Positions 10,008 through 53,029 are shown, numbered from the stretch's first letter. The stretch is DNA of 64,000 nt from Amoebidium appalachense (GCA_963693365.1 CAVNZM010000003.1:1452768-1516767), one strand, 5' to 3'. Program-made: numbers and translations. The notes: generated by a model from the sequence alone, not told the origin.

Positions 10008-11016
10008 CGCTTCACCGGGCGGCCGGGTCCACGGTGGACGCACTGGAGAAGGTGGAGCTTCTGTTGAGGGCAGCGGCTATTCCACGGCGACGGGCGCTGC
10101 TGCGCGCACGTGACCGTCAAGGCCGTGAGCCCATCCACTGGGCGGCGCAGAAGGGCAACGGCCCGGCGCTGTTCCGGGTCATGGAGGCCGGGGGCGACGA
10201 GGACGTGCTGGAGGACATGCTCGAGTCACGCACCGCGGCCGGGGACACCCCGCTGCACCTGGCCTGGGGGAGCGCCGTGGACGCCACGGTCAAGTGCGTC
10301 ATGTTGTGCGTCAACGTGGCCCCATTGGCGCCGGTCAACGCCGCCGGAGTTGCGCCGTTGGTGTGCGCGGCCGAGCACGCCGACTGGGTCACGCTCGCCG
10401 TGTTGCTATCTGGGGAGCCCACGCCGTCACGTGGCCTCCTTCTACAGGCGCTCGAGGCGGCCTTGACCAGTGCGCGGGACGTGTGGCGCAAGGTGGCGCT
10501 GCTGTGTACCATCGGGACTCGGGGCCGCGACGACATGCACGCCGGCGACAACGAGGGCAAGGAGACGGGGCTGCACGAGCACTGGCGAGGCTGGGGGCAC
10601 CTGCTGAGGCACGCGGCGTCGCGCGGTGGGGACAAGGCCATGGGCGCCCTGCTGGCCGCCATGCCGGCGGGGCCCCGAGAGTCTCCGCTGGCCACTACCG
10701 ACCATTCCTCACCGCTCCTGGCGGCCGCGGCGTCCTCGACGGCCGTGCCCGAGAAGCTGCGCCTGCTCCTGGCGGCAGGCGCCAGCCCCTGGGCCTCCGA
10801 CACCCACCGGCGCAACGCCCTGCACCTGGCGGCTGCTGTTCCTGAGGTCGTGGCCGTCACGGCGCTGCTGGGTGCCTTGGATCCCGCGGTTGTGGAACAG
10901 CTGGTGCACGCACGGGACCTGGCCGGTTGCACGCCGCTGCATACAGCCGTGGCCGCCGGGAACGCCGACGGCATCGAGCTGCTGATCCGCCATGGCTCAG
11001 ACAGACCCCAACGCAC

Positions 11017-11265
11017 CATTGGCGTTGACTTAACATCTCGGTGCGGCAGCAGCCCGGTTGACCTACGCACGAAAAAAAAATCTTGTCACCATCCCAAACA
11101 TCAGTGGTGACTTATCATCTTGATGCGGCGGCAGCCCGGTTGACCGAAGCACGAAAAACAATCTTGTCACCATTCAAAGGGTAAGGACAACTTAAGGTAC
11201 TCAGGAGTGGGAGGACCGGGAAACCGGTCAAGGGTGTTCATAAAGCCCTTAACTCAACACTACTG
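11017..11265. mobile_element. MITE copy 2 (with internal ~80-bp tandem duplication)
   Basis: Same termini and body as copy 1; no matching TSD visible. Confidence 0.75.
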
Positions 11266-11273
11266 GCGTGCCC

Positions 11274-11523
11274 CATTGGCGTTGACTTAACATCTTGGTG
11301 CGGCAGCAGCCCGGTTGACCGAAGCACGAAAAAAAAATCTTGTCACCATCCCAAACATCAGTGGTGACTTAACATCTTGGTGCGGCGGCAGCCCGGTTGG
11401 CCGAAGCACGAAAAAAAAAATCATGTCACCATCCAAAGGGTAAGGACAACTCAAGGCACTGAGGAGTGGGAGGACCGGGTAACCGGTCAAGGGTGTTCAT
11501 AAACCATTAACTCAACACTACTG
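11274..11523. mobile_element. MITE copy 3
   Basis: Same termini; 8-bp TSD GCGTGCCC (11266-11273, 11524-11531). Confidence 0.8.
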
Positions 11524-11555
11524 GCGTGCCCGCGACGAGGACGGTAGGGACGTCT

Positions 11556-12473
11556 TTACGCACGCCTCCGACCACTAAATGAGTTCCCATTGTGGGCAAG
11601 GCCTCGCGCCCGCAGCACGAAGACGGCCAGACACAGCAGGGCCCCGAGCACCGAGGCCGCGTACGCCACGACGAACCACCGGGTCGCACGGTCCTTGAGA
11701 AGCAGCGCCGTCACAACCTGCCCGCTTGCCCAGGACGCGGCATAGCGGTGCAGTCCATACGCGTCGTTTGGGGGTACGCACTCGCGGTTGTTGGCGGCGC
11801 AGGCCTCGAACGTGGACGCCGGGAGCTTGTCCACGCGGGGCCCGTCCGGCGCCGCCCGCTGCACTGCCTTGGTCACGGTCAGGGCGCCGGGCCCCGCCGT
11901 ACACATGATGCGGTGCTCTTGGACCGGCAGCCGGCTTATAACCCACGACCGCGAGTTCTGCCACGCCACCACCATGACGTCCCACACCACAGGGTTCCCC
12001 GCACACGCGGCTATGATGCCGTTGTTGTAGATGTCGGCAAACGGTGCAATTGCCGCACGGCACGTACATGAGGTTGTCCGCTTTGGACCACTGCGCCTTG
12101 ACCACAAACATGTCCGCCGCGTCCATCAGCGGGTCCACCGGCCGGAAGCTCTCGACGTCTGCATCGCGGTACAGGCCCCCATGCACCCACAAGATCGCCA
12201 GCCGGCCCAGGTCCACACGCTGCACGAGATGGTCGTAGGAGTGGTACAGCTCCAGTACCCACGGCGGCAGGTCCGCCGCTACCAGGGCCTCCACTGAGTC
12301 TTCATCCCATACAGTAAACTCGTAGGCGGGGTGATTGCCTTCCATTGGCGCAGGTACGCCTGGTACTGAGGGGGCATGGCCGCCTCGCCCTGCATCCACA
12401 CCGTGTGTATCTTGTGTGGTATGCCGGAAGGGACGTGGGCAGTGGTCAATGGTTGGTGATTGAGGATGGCCAT
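11556..12473 (-). pseudogene. GT32-family (OCH1/SUR1-like, DXD) glycosyltransferase with two frameshifts
   Basis: Three overlapping ORFs assemble into IPHKIHTVW…HPAYEFTVWD…VQRVDLGRLAILWVHGGLYRDAD…NNGIIAA…TAGPGALT…HRYAASW, plus a C-terminal hydrophobic helix. Frameshifts near 12345 and 12065 may be sequencing errors. Confidence 0.85.
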
Positions 12474-12523
12474 GCCTGCTTTTAAACGTGTGCCTCTTTT
12501 AACTTAGATGTATGTCCAAGTGA

Positions 12524-13030
12524 ATGGGCATTGGTACTTCGGCAGAGGCGTACGGTGTGCTCCGGGCGGGCAACTGCCAGTGCGGGCTCCTGCCCGGGGA
12601 TCCTAGTGTGGTTTCTGAGGTACGCCAGGTGGAGGTACGCATGACCCGCGACCTGGTACGCTACTGTGTGCTGGCCGCACGTAGCTTGGTGGCCGCCCTC
12701 ACCGGAGGCGTGTCCGAGGGCGTCATTGGGGTGCCCAACAAGTTTGACATTACCCACAACTGCGTGGAAGTGGCCTTTGTGTGCAAATCGTGCGGCGCCT
12801 GCACTGTTCATACCTTTGACATGTCGGGCAAGGGCAAGGCGCACCGCCAGGGGGCGTACATGCAGCCGGTGCGTGTGTCCAGGCGCTTTCAGGCGAGACA
12901 CCTGACGACAGGGCGGGTACGCACTGTCTTTGACGGCCTGCCGGTCCCCAAGTACCATATGCAACGGTACAATTGCGGGCACTTTTCCGCCGCCCTGCAT
13001 GCCGAGGCAGCATGCAACATGTTGCAGTAG
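12524..13030 (+). CDS. Permuted papain-like (PPPDE/DeSI-like, NlpC/P60 superfamily) cysteine peptidase, 168 aa
   Basis: A His-containing strand (ITHNCVEV) precedes KYHMQRYNCGHFS, which matches the PPPDE YxLxxxNCxHF motif. Intronless and intact. Confidence 0.65.
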   Translation: MGIGTSAEAYGVLRAGNCQCGLLPGDPSVVSEVRQVEVRMTRDLVRYCVLAARSLVAALTGGVSEGVIGVPNKFDITHNCVEVAFVCKSCGACTVHTFDMSGKGKAHRQGAYMQPVRVSRRFQARHLTTGRVRTVFDGLPVPKYHMQRYNCGHFSAALHAEAACNMLQ

Positions 13031-14410
13031 GTGTCTGCTGGGGTACTCCGATGATGTACAGTACATGTTCAATTGGGGACAAATGTATCTTGTATGCACC
13101 GCAAGGATTTGCGAAGCCTTGTTAGTAAGGATTTGCGAAGGGATGGAGTAGTGGTGATTGTGGTGGGGTGTGTGTGTGTGGATGTGTGTGGGGAGGGGGG
13201 GGGGGGGGGGGGGAATAGGAGGGGGGGAGGGGGGGGGGGGGGGAGGGGGGAGGGGGAAGGGAAGGAATTCTGAGTTCGAAAGTCTGTTACACTGCACGCA
13301 TACATGTGCGCAACTTCACACACACATGCACAGCCAACGCACTGCCATGATGTGCACGCGCATACACAATGTGGATATCCCCCCCCCCCCTCCCCCCCCC
13401 CCCCCCCCCCCCCCCCTCCCCCCCCTGCCCCCGGCGCCGATTTGTAAGGACCGCCAAAGCATCAGCCTCTTATTGACACTGTGAGCACACACCCACCCAC
13501 CCACAAACACCCACCCACCCACACACCCATCCATTGCACACACCCACCCACCCATACACACACACACACACACACACACAGTCACACACACACACACACA
13601 CAGTAACACACACACACACACACGAGCCAGCCAACAGAAAGCTTCGGCACTGGTCGTGTTAGCGACAATACTCTATGGGGAGGCAAAGAAGAATGACAAC
13701 TGCTATGATTTTCCACCTATACAATAGGCAGCTTAGCCTATATTTACTTCATCTATTCAAGTTCAAAAACCTTCAACAAATGCCTCGGACACTTCAATAT
13801 GTACATACTTCAGTTCAGAGCACGGAAGATTCACAATGTTCCTACTAATACTACATATTTCCAGTTCAGTCTAATTTGGGATATTATACTCTGTACATAT
13901 CACGATCATTTTGGAGCTTCAAAGAAAGGGCGTTTATATCATCTGCTATTTTTCAAGAATGACAAGTGAGACACCACCCTTCATACATCGATCCATTTTT
14001 CGGAACTTAGACACTAACACGTATGATAGCATCATTTACGAACCCTAGAAATTTCGCGGTATCAGCCAAGAGCAACAGGTGCAAAACACATGCTACACAT
14101 TCATTAAATCGATCAACCTTTCGCCAATAAAGCCTTCAAAGGGATGACTGCAGAGTACGAAAAAAGGTAGAGGGGAAAACATATTCTCATCTGGTGTGGG
14201 TGACATAACAAATATCCCGGATACGAGAAAGGAATATCCAAGGGAAACCCTAAATATAGGGCTCGGAGATATGTGCGACAAGAGAAATAACTTAGTATTT
14301 AACTACTAGACAACTCAGATATAGCCATTTTGCTTTTCAATTAATGCCCCGGCAAAATGTTTGGTCGCATAGTCGAGTAGAGTGGGGTGTTTGTACAGTT
14401 AGCCAGAAAT

Positions 14411-34477
<20,067 letters not shown>

Positions 34478-34800
34478 GTTCCACCTGCTTCACATAACTC
34501 GGTCTATAACAGGGGGCCGTATTATGTTTATATATCAAGAAGCTTCGTTACTAGAGTTGGGCCACGGGAGACCTTTTGGGGTAAGCTTGGGCTGTGGTAA
34601 ACTTCGTGACGTCGGCTTCCAGTCAAACTTTGGATTTCGGAACATGGCCCAGTTTGCGTAAACCAAATTATGGCGCCAAAAATCAAAAGCCGTCGGCCAA
34701 ATATAGAACTGTTTGCTCTACCGTGATTGGACCCAAAACTCTTAGCCAATTTAAGCAAGTCATAGGGCTATGTGATTGGTTGAGATTATTTGGTGGGCCA
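34478..34800. promoter_or_regulatory. Probable promoter in the divergent SWT1/DLD1 intergenic region
   Basis: Microsatellite-free DNA directly 5' of the SWT1 ATG, with a CRE-like GTGACGTC (~34606) and several CCAAT/ATTGG boxes (34724-34780). Confidence 0.4.
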
Positions 34801-36090
34801 CTTTGTGATTGCTGTAAATATATCACAATCGCACCCACGGGGTCAAGCGAAGAAAAAAACTCGGGAGTTTTGAGCATTTAATAAGCAATGAAGGTCACCA
34901 TAATGACTCTAATTTTTTGTGTCAATAGCCCATACAATAACTATTCTCCTCTAAACAACATACGTTTTTGATTATAAAAAGCTTTATCTATAACATTGTT
35001 TTACTTAATTAGATTCTAAACTTGAAATGTTTTTTAAGGCAAATTTGTCCTGAGGGGGGTCCATCGATAGCTCGTTTATCCCCACTATCCTGCACAAAGC
35101 GTGCATGACACAAAAATGAGGAAACAGTTGCTTCCGTTTCAAATTTGCTCCAAAATTTTTCTTTTGACTGGATTTATTCAACGGAAAGATATGCAAGTAT
35201 GCTCCAAAATTTGTGTCACACTCACGGTCCCCGACGCCCACATGATTTTTGTGACCGGCCAGTTTTAGTGCACACCTCTGTCAAACATCACTAAACCGTT
35301 GAGCCAAAGAGTATTGTTCCCGTAGCCTTTCAACGATCTAAGGTAACCGAGCAAATAACGATCTCATCCCCCTCCCCCCCCCCCCCCCCCCCCCCCCCTT
35401 CTGCACCCGCCATTCGTCGATGAGGTGAATGGTTCGAAACACGGGTACTGTGGTTGTCTTGGGCGCCTTCTGGGGATGGGCTCTTCTTTTATGCATACTC
35501 TTCGTGTGTGAGTTGCACTCTGCACTATGATGGTCGTTAAGAATGTGTACGATGTGCTCTATAGTGCATGCTTACCCCCCTCCCCCCCCCCCCCCCCCCC
35601 TTCACCCCCCTCCCCCTTCCCCCCCTCCACCTCCACCTTTACCACCGCAATCGTTTCAACCACACTCCTTCTCTACTTTCTATTAGTTTGCGAAAACATT
35701 GCTTTCGGGCAGGCGCTCTGTTTCCTTCCAACCTTTTTTTTTACTTTGACACGCCAGTTTTGTTTGTGGTAGCTTCTTCACTACTCGCATCACCACCAGT
35801 ATCCTAACCCCAATGTGTTGTCTTAAATTCTTTAGCCATACACACCTTAAAGGACTCCTCCCCGTGTCCCTTCCTCTCCATGTCCATCTCCCCCAACCCC
35901 TCCCACCCACCATCCCCATCCCCCACCACACCCCACTCACATCCACACAGACGAACCTCCAACATCCCCTCCTGCCCAAACCTTCCCCCGGCCACACACA
36001 CACACACCTTCCCCCGCACTTTAGTGTCTCATTCTCCTGTGCACCTCCAGATCCAGCCCTCAGTGGTTGGACCAGGTCACCGGGTTCATC

Positions 36091-46531
<10,441 letters not shown>

Positions 46532-46594
46532 TATTAGAATATGCAGTTGCTTGTGTGTGATCAGTCTTTTTTATGGATGACGGGTTTTTGGGCA

Positions 46595-46625
<31 letters not shown>

Positions 46626-47435
46626 GTTAAATGAATATCTAGGTGTGTGTTGGTTGGGTTGGTTGGTGAAGCCTGCATCAAGGTGTGGTTGTTGAGCCAG
46701 GCGCTGAGATTGACAAAGATGTTGCATTTGATATGCATAGTGTATGTGTGTGCATGCATAGTAGATGGTGTGTTTTTTGCATGCATCTTTTGCCCCCCTC
46801 CCCCCCCCTCCCCCCCCCCCCCCCAAACAACAACAACAACAACCACCAATATCCGCATCCCCGTTTTTTCCCTTGTTTTTTTTTTTTTTTTTCATTTTGT
46901 AGTCCTCCTTCCCATCACGTTGATCTTTTCTTTTTGTCGTGGGTTTTGTTTTTTTTTTCCTTTTTTTTTTTTTTTTTTTTTTTTTTGGGAAGGCGGGGGG
47001 GAGGAGGAGGAGGAGGGGGAGGGGGGAGGGGGGGGGGGGGGGGGGGATATTTTAGTGTCATTGCATTTAGTAGGCGTGAGAGAAGGTAGAATGTTTTAAA
47101 GAATGCAGTTATATTTCAAGAGCTATAGTGATGCTATATAGGCAATGTGAGCCAGAGACGACAGCAGTCATAGATGATATGAGCAACGGAACTACATATG
47201 AAACTCTGCCCCCGATTACTGGTTTGTCATGGTTATGAAGACTGTATCTACTATTTGTTCGCAACGTGTGCAATTTATGATGGTGTGTGCATACAACACT
47301 ATTCTCGGACATATTCACGGGCTGAGGTGGTGGCATGTATTAAAAGTGGTAGAGAAGCTGAATGTATTCACAAATATGCATGCATGACCCGTGTCGGGAG
47401 GATCAGTGGCCCCCAATATAAAACACACACACACA

Positions 47436-47480
<45 letters not shown>

Positions 47481-48129
47481 ACATGGCGATAATCTCGCGT
47501 GTGGCACTGTGCACATTTGCACATGTATGTGTAAAATGGACGGGTCAGTGGTGGTAGGGGTGGGTACGGGGGCGGAGTCCGGGTGGGTGGGTGGGTGTGT
47601 GTGTGGGGGGGGGGGGGGGGGGGGGGGGGGGGAGGGGAGGCTGAAGTCGTGTGCACAAGGTGTTGTGCTGTGAGGTGTTCATTTGGAACATTGACCGAAT
47701 TCAGGGTTGACAGGGTTCGAAACGGAATGATCGAACATGGTGCTCCACCTTCGGACAAACTCAAACTGACGAGACCACATACCAACAAACACCATAACAC
47801 TCACCACTACATACACAACTTGCTTTATTGATCGAGTCCATAACTACAAATACAGAATAATAACCACCACAAAATTTTCGTTTGACACAAGAACTCTGAG
47901 GCGCTGTTTTATACGTGCTTTTGCTGTGTGTTGTAGTATTGTCTTTCAAGCTTGATATCAAGCAAGTTTTATCTGTGACTGGCTGTATACTGGGCTGTAC
48001 AATACCTATACAGCAGTTGAACGTTGTCAGGCCTCAATATCACTACTGAGTGCTATTTAGGAGGCCTTGGCGGGATCCCGTGGCGTCTTCCCCACCCTCG
48101 TAAGGACAACTTTCTTGGCAACATATTTT

Positions 48130-49817
48130 GACACCACATCTGTAGCGTAGCTTACCCAAAAGCTCTTTGTTTCTTCGCGGACATGCATCAAGGTGCTTCG
48201 AACGGTGACAATGCAACCAGTCCTCCACCCTACCACTGACGGTGAAAATGCACCAGTCCTCCACCCTACCACGGACGGTGAAAATGCACCAGTCCTCCCC
48301 CCTACCACGGACGGTATAAAAAAAAAACCAGTCATCCACCCTATCACGGACGGTGAAAATGCACCAGTCCTCCACCCTACCACGGACGGTGAAAATGCAC
48401 CAGTCCTCCACCCTACCACGGACGGTGAAAATGCACCAGTCCTCCACCCTACCACGGACGGTGAAAATGCACCAGTCCTCCACCCTACCACGGACGGTGA
48501 CAATGCACCAGTCCTTCATCGTACCACGGACAAGTGTTCGTTTTGCCAGCAGAAAAGATATAGGTGCGTCGGGCGACGAAAGAAGTGTGCAAGATATGTT
48601 CCCAGGGCACCCAGGGCTCCGAAGAATTCGAAGGCATGTCCGTCTTGTATAAAGAGCCATAAGAGTTTCAAGAAGGGTCCCAAATCAACATGCACATGTA
48701 TTGAAGAAGGCGAAGGTAAGTAAAGCTGACGGGCTCTTCCCTTTGACCCCCCCTTCCCCCCTTCACACCCCCCCCCCCCCCCCCCCCTCCCCGAGGGGCA
48801 CCCTTCCCCTCCCCCCTCCCCCTCCCCCCCGCCCCCTCTCCCCCCGAGGCACCCTTCCCTCCCCCTTCCCCCCCCCTTCTCCCCCCAAGGCACCCTTCCC
48901 TCCCCCCTCCCTCCCCCCTCTCCCCCCGAGGCACCCTTCCATCCCCCCCTCCCCCCCCCCCCTCCCCCCCCCTCCCCCCCTCTCCCCCCGAGGCACCCTT
49001 CCCCCTCCCCCCTCCCCCTTCCCCCACACCCCACCCCACAAGCATAAAAATGACGTAGTAGGACCCTGTTTTTTTCATTTAGCACCCAGCGAGAAACCTT
49101 TGCTGTTTGCTTTGTCAAGTTTGTGCTCTCGTACATATTCAGTTAACTTGCATCACATCGTAGCAACGTTAACATGCACAGTTTTATAAATGGGCGGGAA
49201 CTTGCATCTTTCAATGTTTTATGGTGCAAAAAAAGTGCCTTCCAAACTTGAACAGCAGCAAACCTCTGAGCTCTTTCACTCTACACAGAACCTCGCAAAT
49301 ATCCGGACTCCAATGAGGAGGGTTCGGACGATGAATCTTTAAACAAACGGCCAAGTTCAGCACCGTCCAGCCCACCCCCCAATAAGCAGGCCAAAAAAAC
49401 GGCCGCTGATAAGCCAAAGGAGCATGATGATGAGAACGTGGACGGTGCAACACAACAGGAGTCTGTACCAACTGAGACGACAGGAAAAAGGAAAATTCCA
49501 ATTTTAGAGGAGTGAAACGTGCCCTCTGGGCCCGCACCACCCACACGTCTACCACTACTAAGACCCAAGAACTTGTTGCTTCCTTGACATCCTAAACTCA
49601 CCAAAGCAATCGAAGCCCTTGGGGAGCTTCGAACGGAGTTGTCTGCGACACACGAGCGTGGAGAGGCGGAAGTTGAGGTTCTGTTTGAAGAGTTGCACGC
49701 TGTTAACCGCACGCTGTATGACCATGAGAATCACATCAAACGACAGTCGATTCGTATTTCTTTGTTGATGAGTGAAGTACAACAGCTTCGGGGCGCGAGC
49801 GGTGGCCAGCCCAAAGG
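48130..49817 (+). pseudogene. Degraded spliced gene: 12-aa repeats, two Cys clusters, low-complexity linker and coiled coil
   Basis: (DGENAPVLHPTT)n, then CSFCQQKRYRC…C and CPSC…CTC. Donor GTAAGT at ~48717. The next exon (~49289-49817) is otherwise open but has two in-frame TGA codons (~49513, ~49585). Confidence 0.5.
48200..48530 (+). repeat. 36-bp coding minisatellite, about 9 copies
   Basis: Unit gacggtgaaaatgcaccagtcctccaccctaccacg. Confidence 0.95.
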
Positions 49818-50416
49818 TAACTATGCCGCTGTGTGTTTTAAATATCACACCATCCTTTTTTTTTTTTTTTTTTTTTTTTGAGGGGGGGGGGGGGCAGGTG
49901 TTGCCCCTGCCGAATGCGCCTTGATATTCGATGTGTTCGTGTTATATATGTGCCTTCGATATCTGCATAAGGGGGTGGGAAGAGGGGGGGAGGGGGGGAG
50001 AGGGGGGGGGGGGGGGGGAGAGAGAGAGAGAGAGAGAAAACCCACGGGAAGATCTCTCCCCCCTCCCCCCCCCCCCCCCCCCCCCCCCCCCGTCCCGCTC
50101 TGTCTCACTCAATGGTAGTTCTCGCCACCATAAATCTTTTACTACTCGTATACGTCTTTAAGTTTCTGTGATTGGAGAATTGGTGTGTGTCGCTCTCAGT
50201 GTGTGCACGCCCAGACAACACACACACACACACACACACACACATATTTGACTGGTTGTATTGGCTACATGATGATAAAGTAACTAACACACACACACAG
50301 TGATGTGTGCACATATACAGCCACGAACATGCAAACACACCGCCCGCACAAGTACAGCGCCACACAGCCATACACATGTGCGCACGCGCGCACACACACG
50401 TGTTTGCGCGCGCGCG

Positions 50417-50495
<79 letters not shown>

Positions 50496-50780
50496 TGAGC
50501 GCGCATGCAGTTGAGTGATGTGAAATGACTTAAGTTGTGGGGGGGGGGGGGGGGGGGGGGGGGAGGGGCAGAGCAAGAAAGAGCCTCGATCTATTTCCCT
50601 ATACATGGAGAAAACCTTTGATCAACAATCATTGAGAGACCTCGAACAGGAATGAACTTGGAGGGAATATCCGCAGAGTTCCCATGCCAGAGAATCAGTG
50701 TTAGCCATGATGCTGCTGTCTTGAGTTGGAGAGTCGTATATACGCGGGCTAAGGGGTCGAAACTCAGACGCAATTGATGA

Positions 50781-50912
50781 CTTGGGCCCTCCCTGAGGAT
50801 GGGCTCTGCTTATGACGCATACTGCGCGCATGGCTATGTTGCATACTTGAATGTTTGCCTTGGCATGTGTCCTTCGTGTACGCGTACTTCGTACCGTGTT
50901 CCGCATTCAACC
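50781..50912 (-). repeat. Dispersed repeat, copy B
   Basis: Inverted match to 15621-15772. Confidence 0.85.
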
Positions 50913-52597
50913 CCCCCCCCCCCCCCCCCCCTCCCTCCCTCCCCCCCTCCCCCCCCCCCCCCCCCCCCCCCGCTCTCTCCTCCCCCTCCCCCCCCTTTCC
51001 CTGCCACGCTCACCCCCTGTTCCCTCATTATGTTTCTCACCCCTCGTTTTTTGCAAGGTGGGCTGTCTATCAACTTGTAAAGCATGAGTCATAACGTCAA
51101 ACGAAAGGAGGGCACTACATAGTCGTACAGCCAGGCCATCAGCGTAAACATCAGGCGGTTCTGCTTGTATTGGTACTTGTTATTTACAGAGTTTTAGAGT
51201 GTGCCGCCGTTATTGTGTGCAGGTGTTTTGTTAATTATATTAGAACAACCCCTGCTATGTATGGCCCTGCTGAGCTCCCGTTCCATACATTATAACTCGG
51301 GTTTAAGACAAGGTACTACGGCTAAGTGTTATTTAACAGGCGAATGATCGGTACATAATACTTCTTAACCTAGTACAATCCTTAGTATCAACTGTGCACA
51401 GGTAAGAGAAACTTACGGTGTACACTGGATGGTGTGTTCTCATATATACGTGTGTGGCTATGGTCGAACATATTACAGGCTGGTCACCCGGAAGGTCACA
51501 AGTCAGATTAATATATGGTGGCTGGCACTTGGCTTGTGTGTGTGTGTGTGTGTGTGTGTGTCTGTGTCTGTGTCTGTGTCTGTGTCTGTGTCTGTGTCTG
51601 TGTCTGTGTGTGTGTGTGTGTGTGTGCGTGCAACCGCAACTGCAACTGTGCGTCCACGCGCGCCCGTGCGTGCGTGCGTGCATGCGTGCGTGCGTGCGTG
51701 CGTGCCTGGTTGCGTGGTTGCATGCGTGTGTGCATGTGCAAATAAAAATGGAAACTGCTGACTTCACACTTCGAGCTCTCTGACGTGTAAGAACTGTAAC
51801 TTAGTACTCACAGAGGGGCACGGTGGAGTGGGATAGCTTTGACTTCTATTAACACAACGTACAACTGAGCCTGTCAGTCGTGTGTCTCGTGGTACACTCC
51901 TGATCCCAGCACAAATTGCAGTTGGAGACATTCTTTTTCCATTAGGATGCACTCGGCTTTTGAGCTGAATAATCAGAAATGTATAGCGTTTTTTCTTTTT
52001 GAAGCAAATGAAATGCTATGTTTTTTGCTCTTGGTTGGAAAGTGAGGAACCCTAATGGTCCAGATCAATGGTGGTGGTGCGGGCGGGGGGAAGGGAATCC
52101 GATTAATACGTGTTTCGTTTACAACTATCCCTCACTTGTATGTAGTAAGGCCCACTAGCACACTGAAAAGAGTTTCCATGCATTTTGTATGTGTGCCTGG
52201 AAATCTGACCCACAATCAGATCCACAATTCTCAATACCTTGCAATATTTTACGGAAGCATGCCTGGCGGGTTGGCCGCCCATTCAGCCTCTGCAAAAATA
52301 TGGCAGGTTTTTATCCCTCATGAGGGTGGAAATTCTTTGTGGGGTTAATCCCGGTCACCCCTTGCCTGCTGCAGAAATATAAAGCTCTAAATGTCCGCTG
52401 GCTGCAAGCAAATTTGGTAGTGACGATGTAAAAACACAAATTATGGGATGGCAGGTTGAGGCCAAAACTAGGTTGACAGGGCAGGCGAACTTTCCGGCTG
52501 TTCATGTATATGATGATAATCATACACATGAGCCTCGAGGGAACTCGTTAATATGGTCTCGTGAATTTTGGCTCTAGCCAGCTAGAATCTTACTTCC

Positions 52598-52630
<33 letters not shown>

Positions 52631-53029
52631 CCCCGGAGCCCAGTGGCACGTAGACACGTGCACTGGGAAATGATATTAGATCTCCACACATGCCGCAAGG
52701 GCCAGCGGTTGCCAAATGAGTTTGAAAATTTTCAATTTAGAGTCTACCGCTACTGAAACGCAAATTTAGCCCATCCCTGGATAATTTATGGCTGTCACGT
52801 CTGTAATACAGTGTTTTTCGGTCACTGTTCATTCCGAATCTCTGCTGAAAGAGGGGAGGAGAGGACACTGGGGGGGGGGGGGGGGACAGGGGGGACGGGA
52901 ATCCGACAGCAGCACAAAAAAGGTCATGAGTCATTTTATTAATCATAAAGTCAATGCTCATTCAGCAGGTGTTGTTTTATGCTAACGTACCATTTACGGT
53001 GAGTTCTAGCTCACGCGCGTGTGTGTGTA

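Larger units (their letters stand above)
9700..11578 (+). pseudogene. Ankyrin-repeat protein gene disrupted by three MITE copies (main ORF 10034..11110)
   Basis: Ankyrin motifs GREPIHWAA, GDTPLHLA, RRNALHLAA and GCTPLHTAV. Excising 9840-10007 restores DALGRTPLHRAA in frame. After the copies at 11017-11523 the frame ARDEDGRDVFTHASDH ends at TAA 11576-11578. No start codon found. Confidence 0.85.

Noticed and set aside
11455-11500. CTGAGGA in MITE copy 3 as a hammerhead ribozyme core
   Set aside because: The other copies read CTCAGGA, and no stem II-GAAA/stem III arrangement could be built.
13650-14300. Microsatellite-free AT-rich stretch as a retroelement remnant
   Set aside because: No recognisable RT, RNase H or transposase motif in the frames examined.
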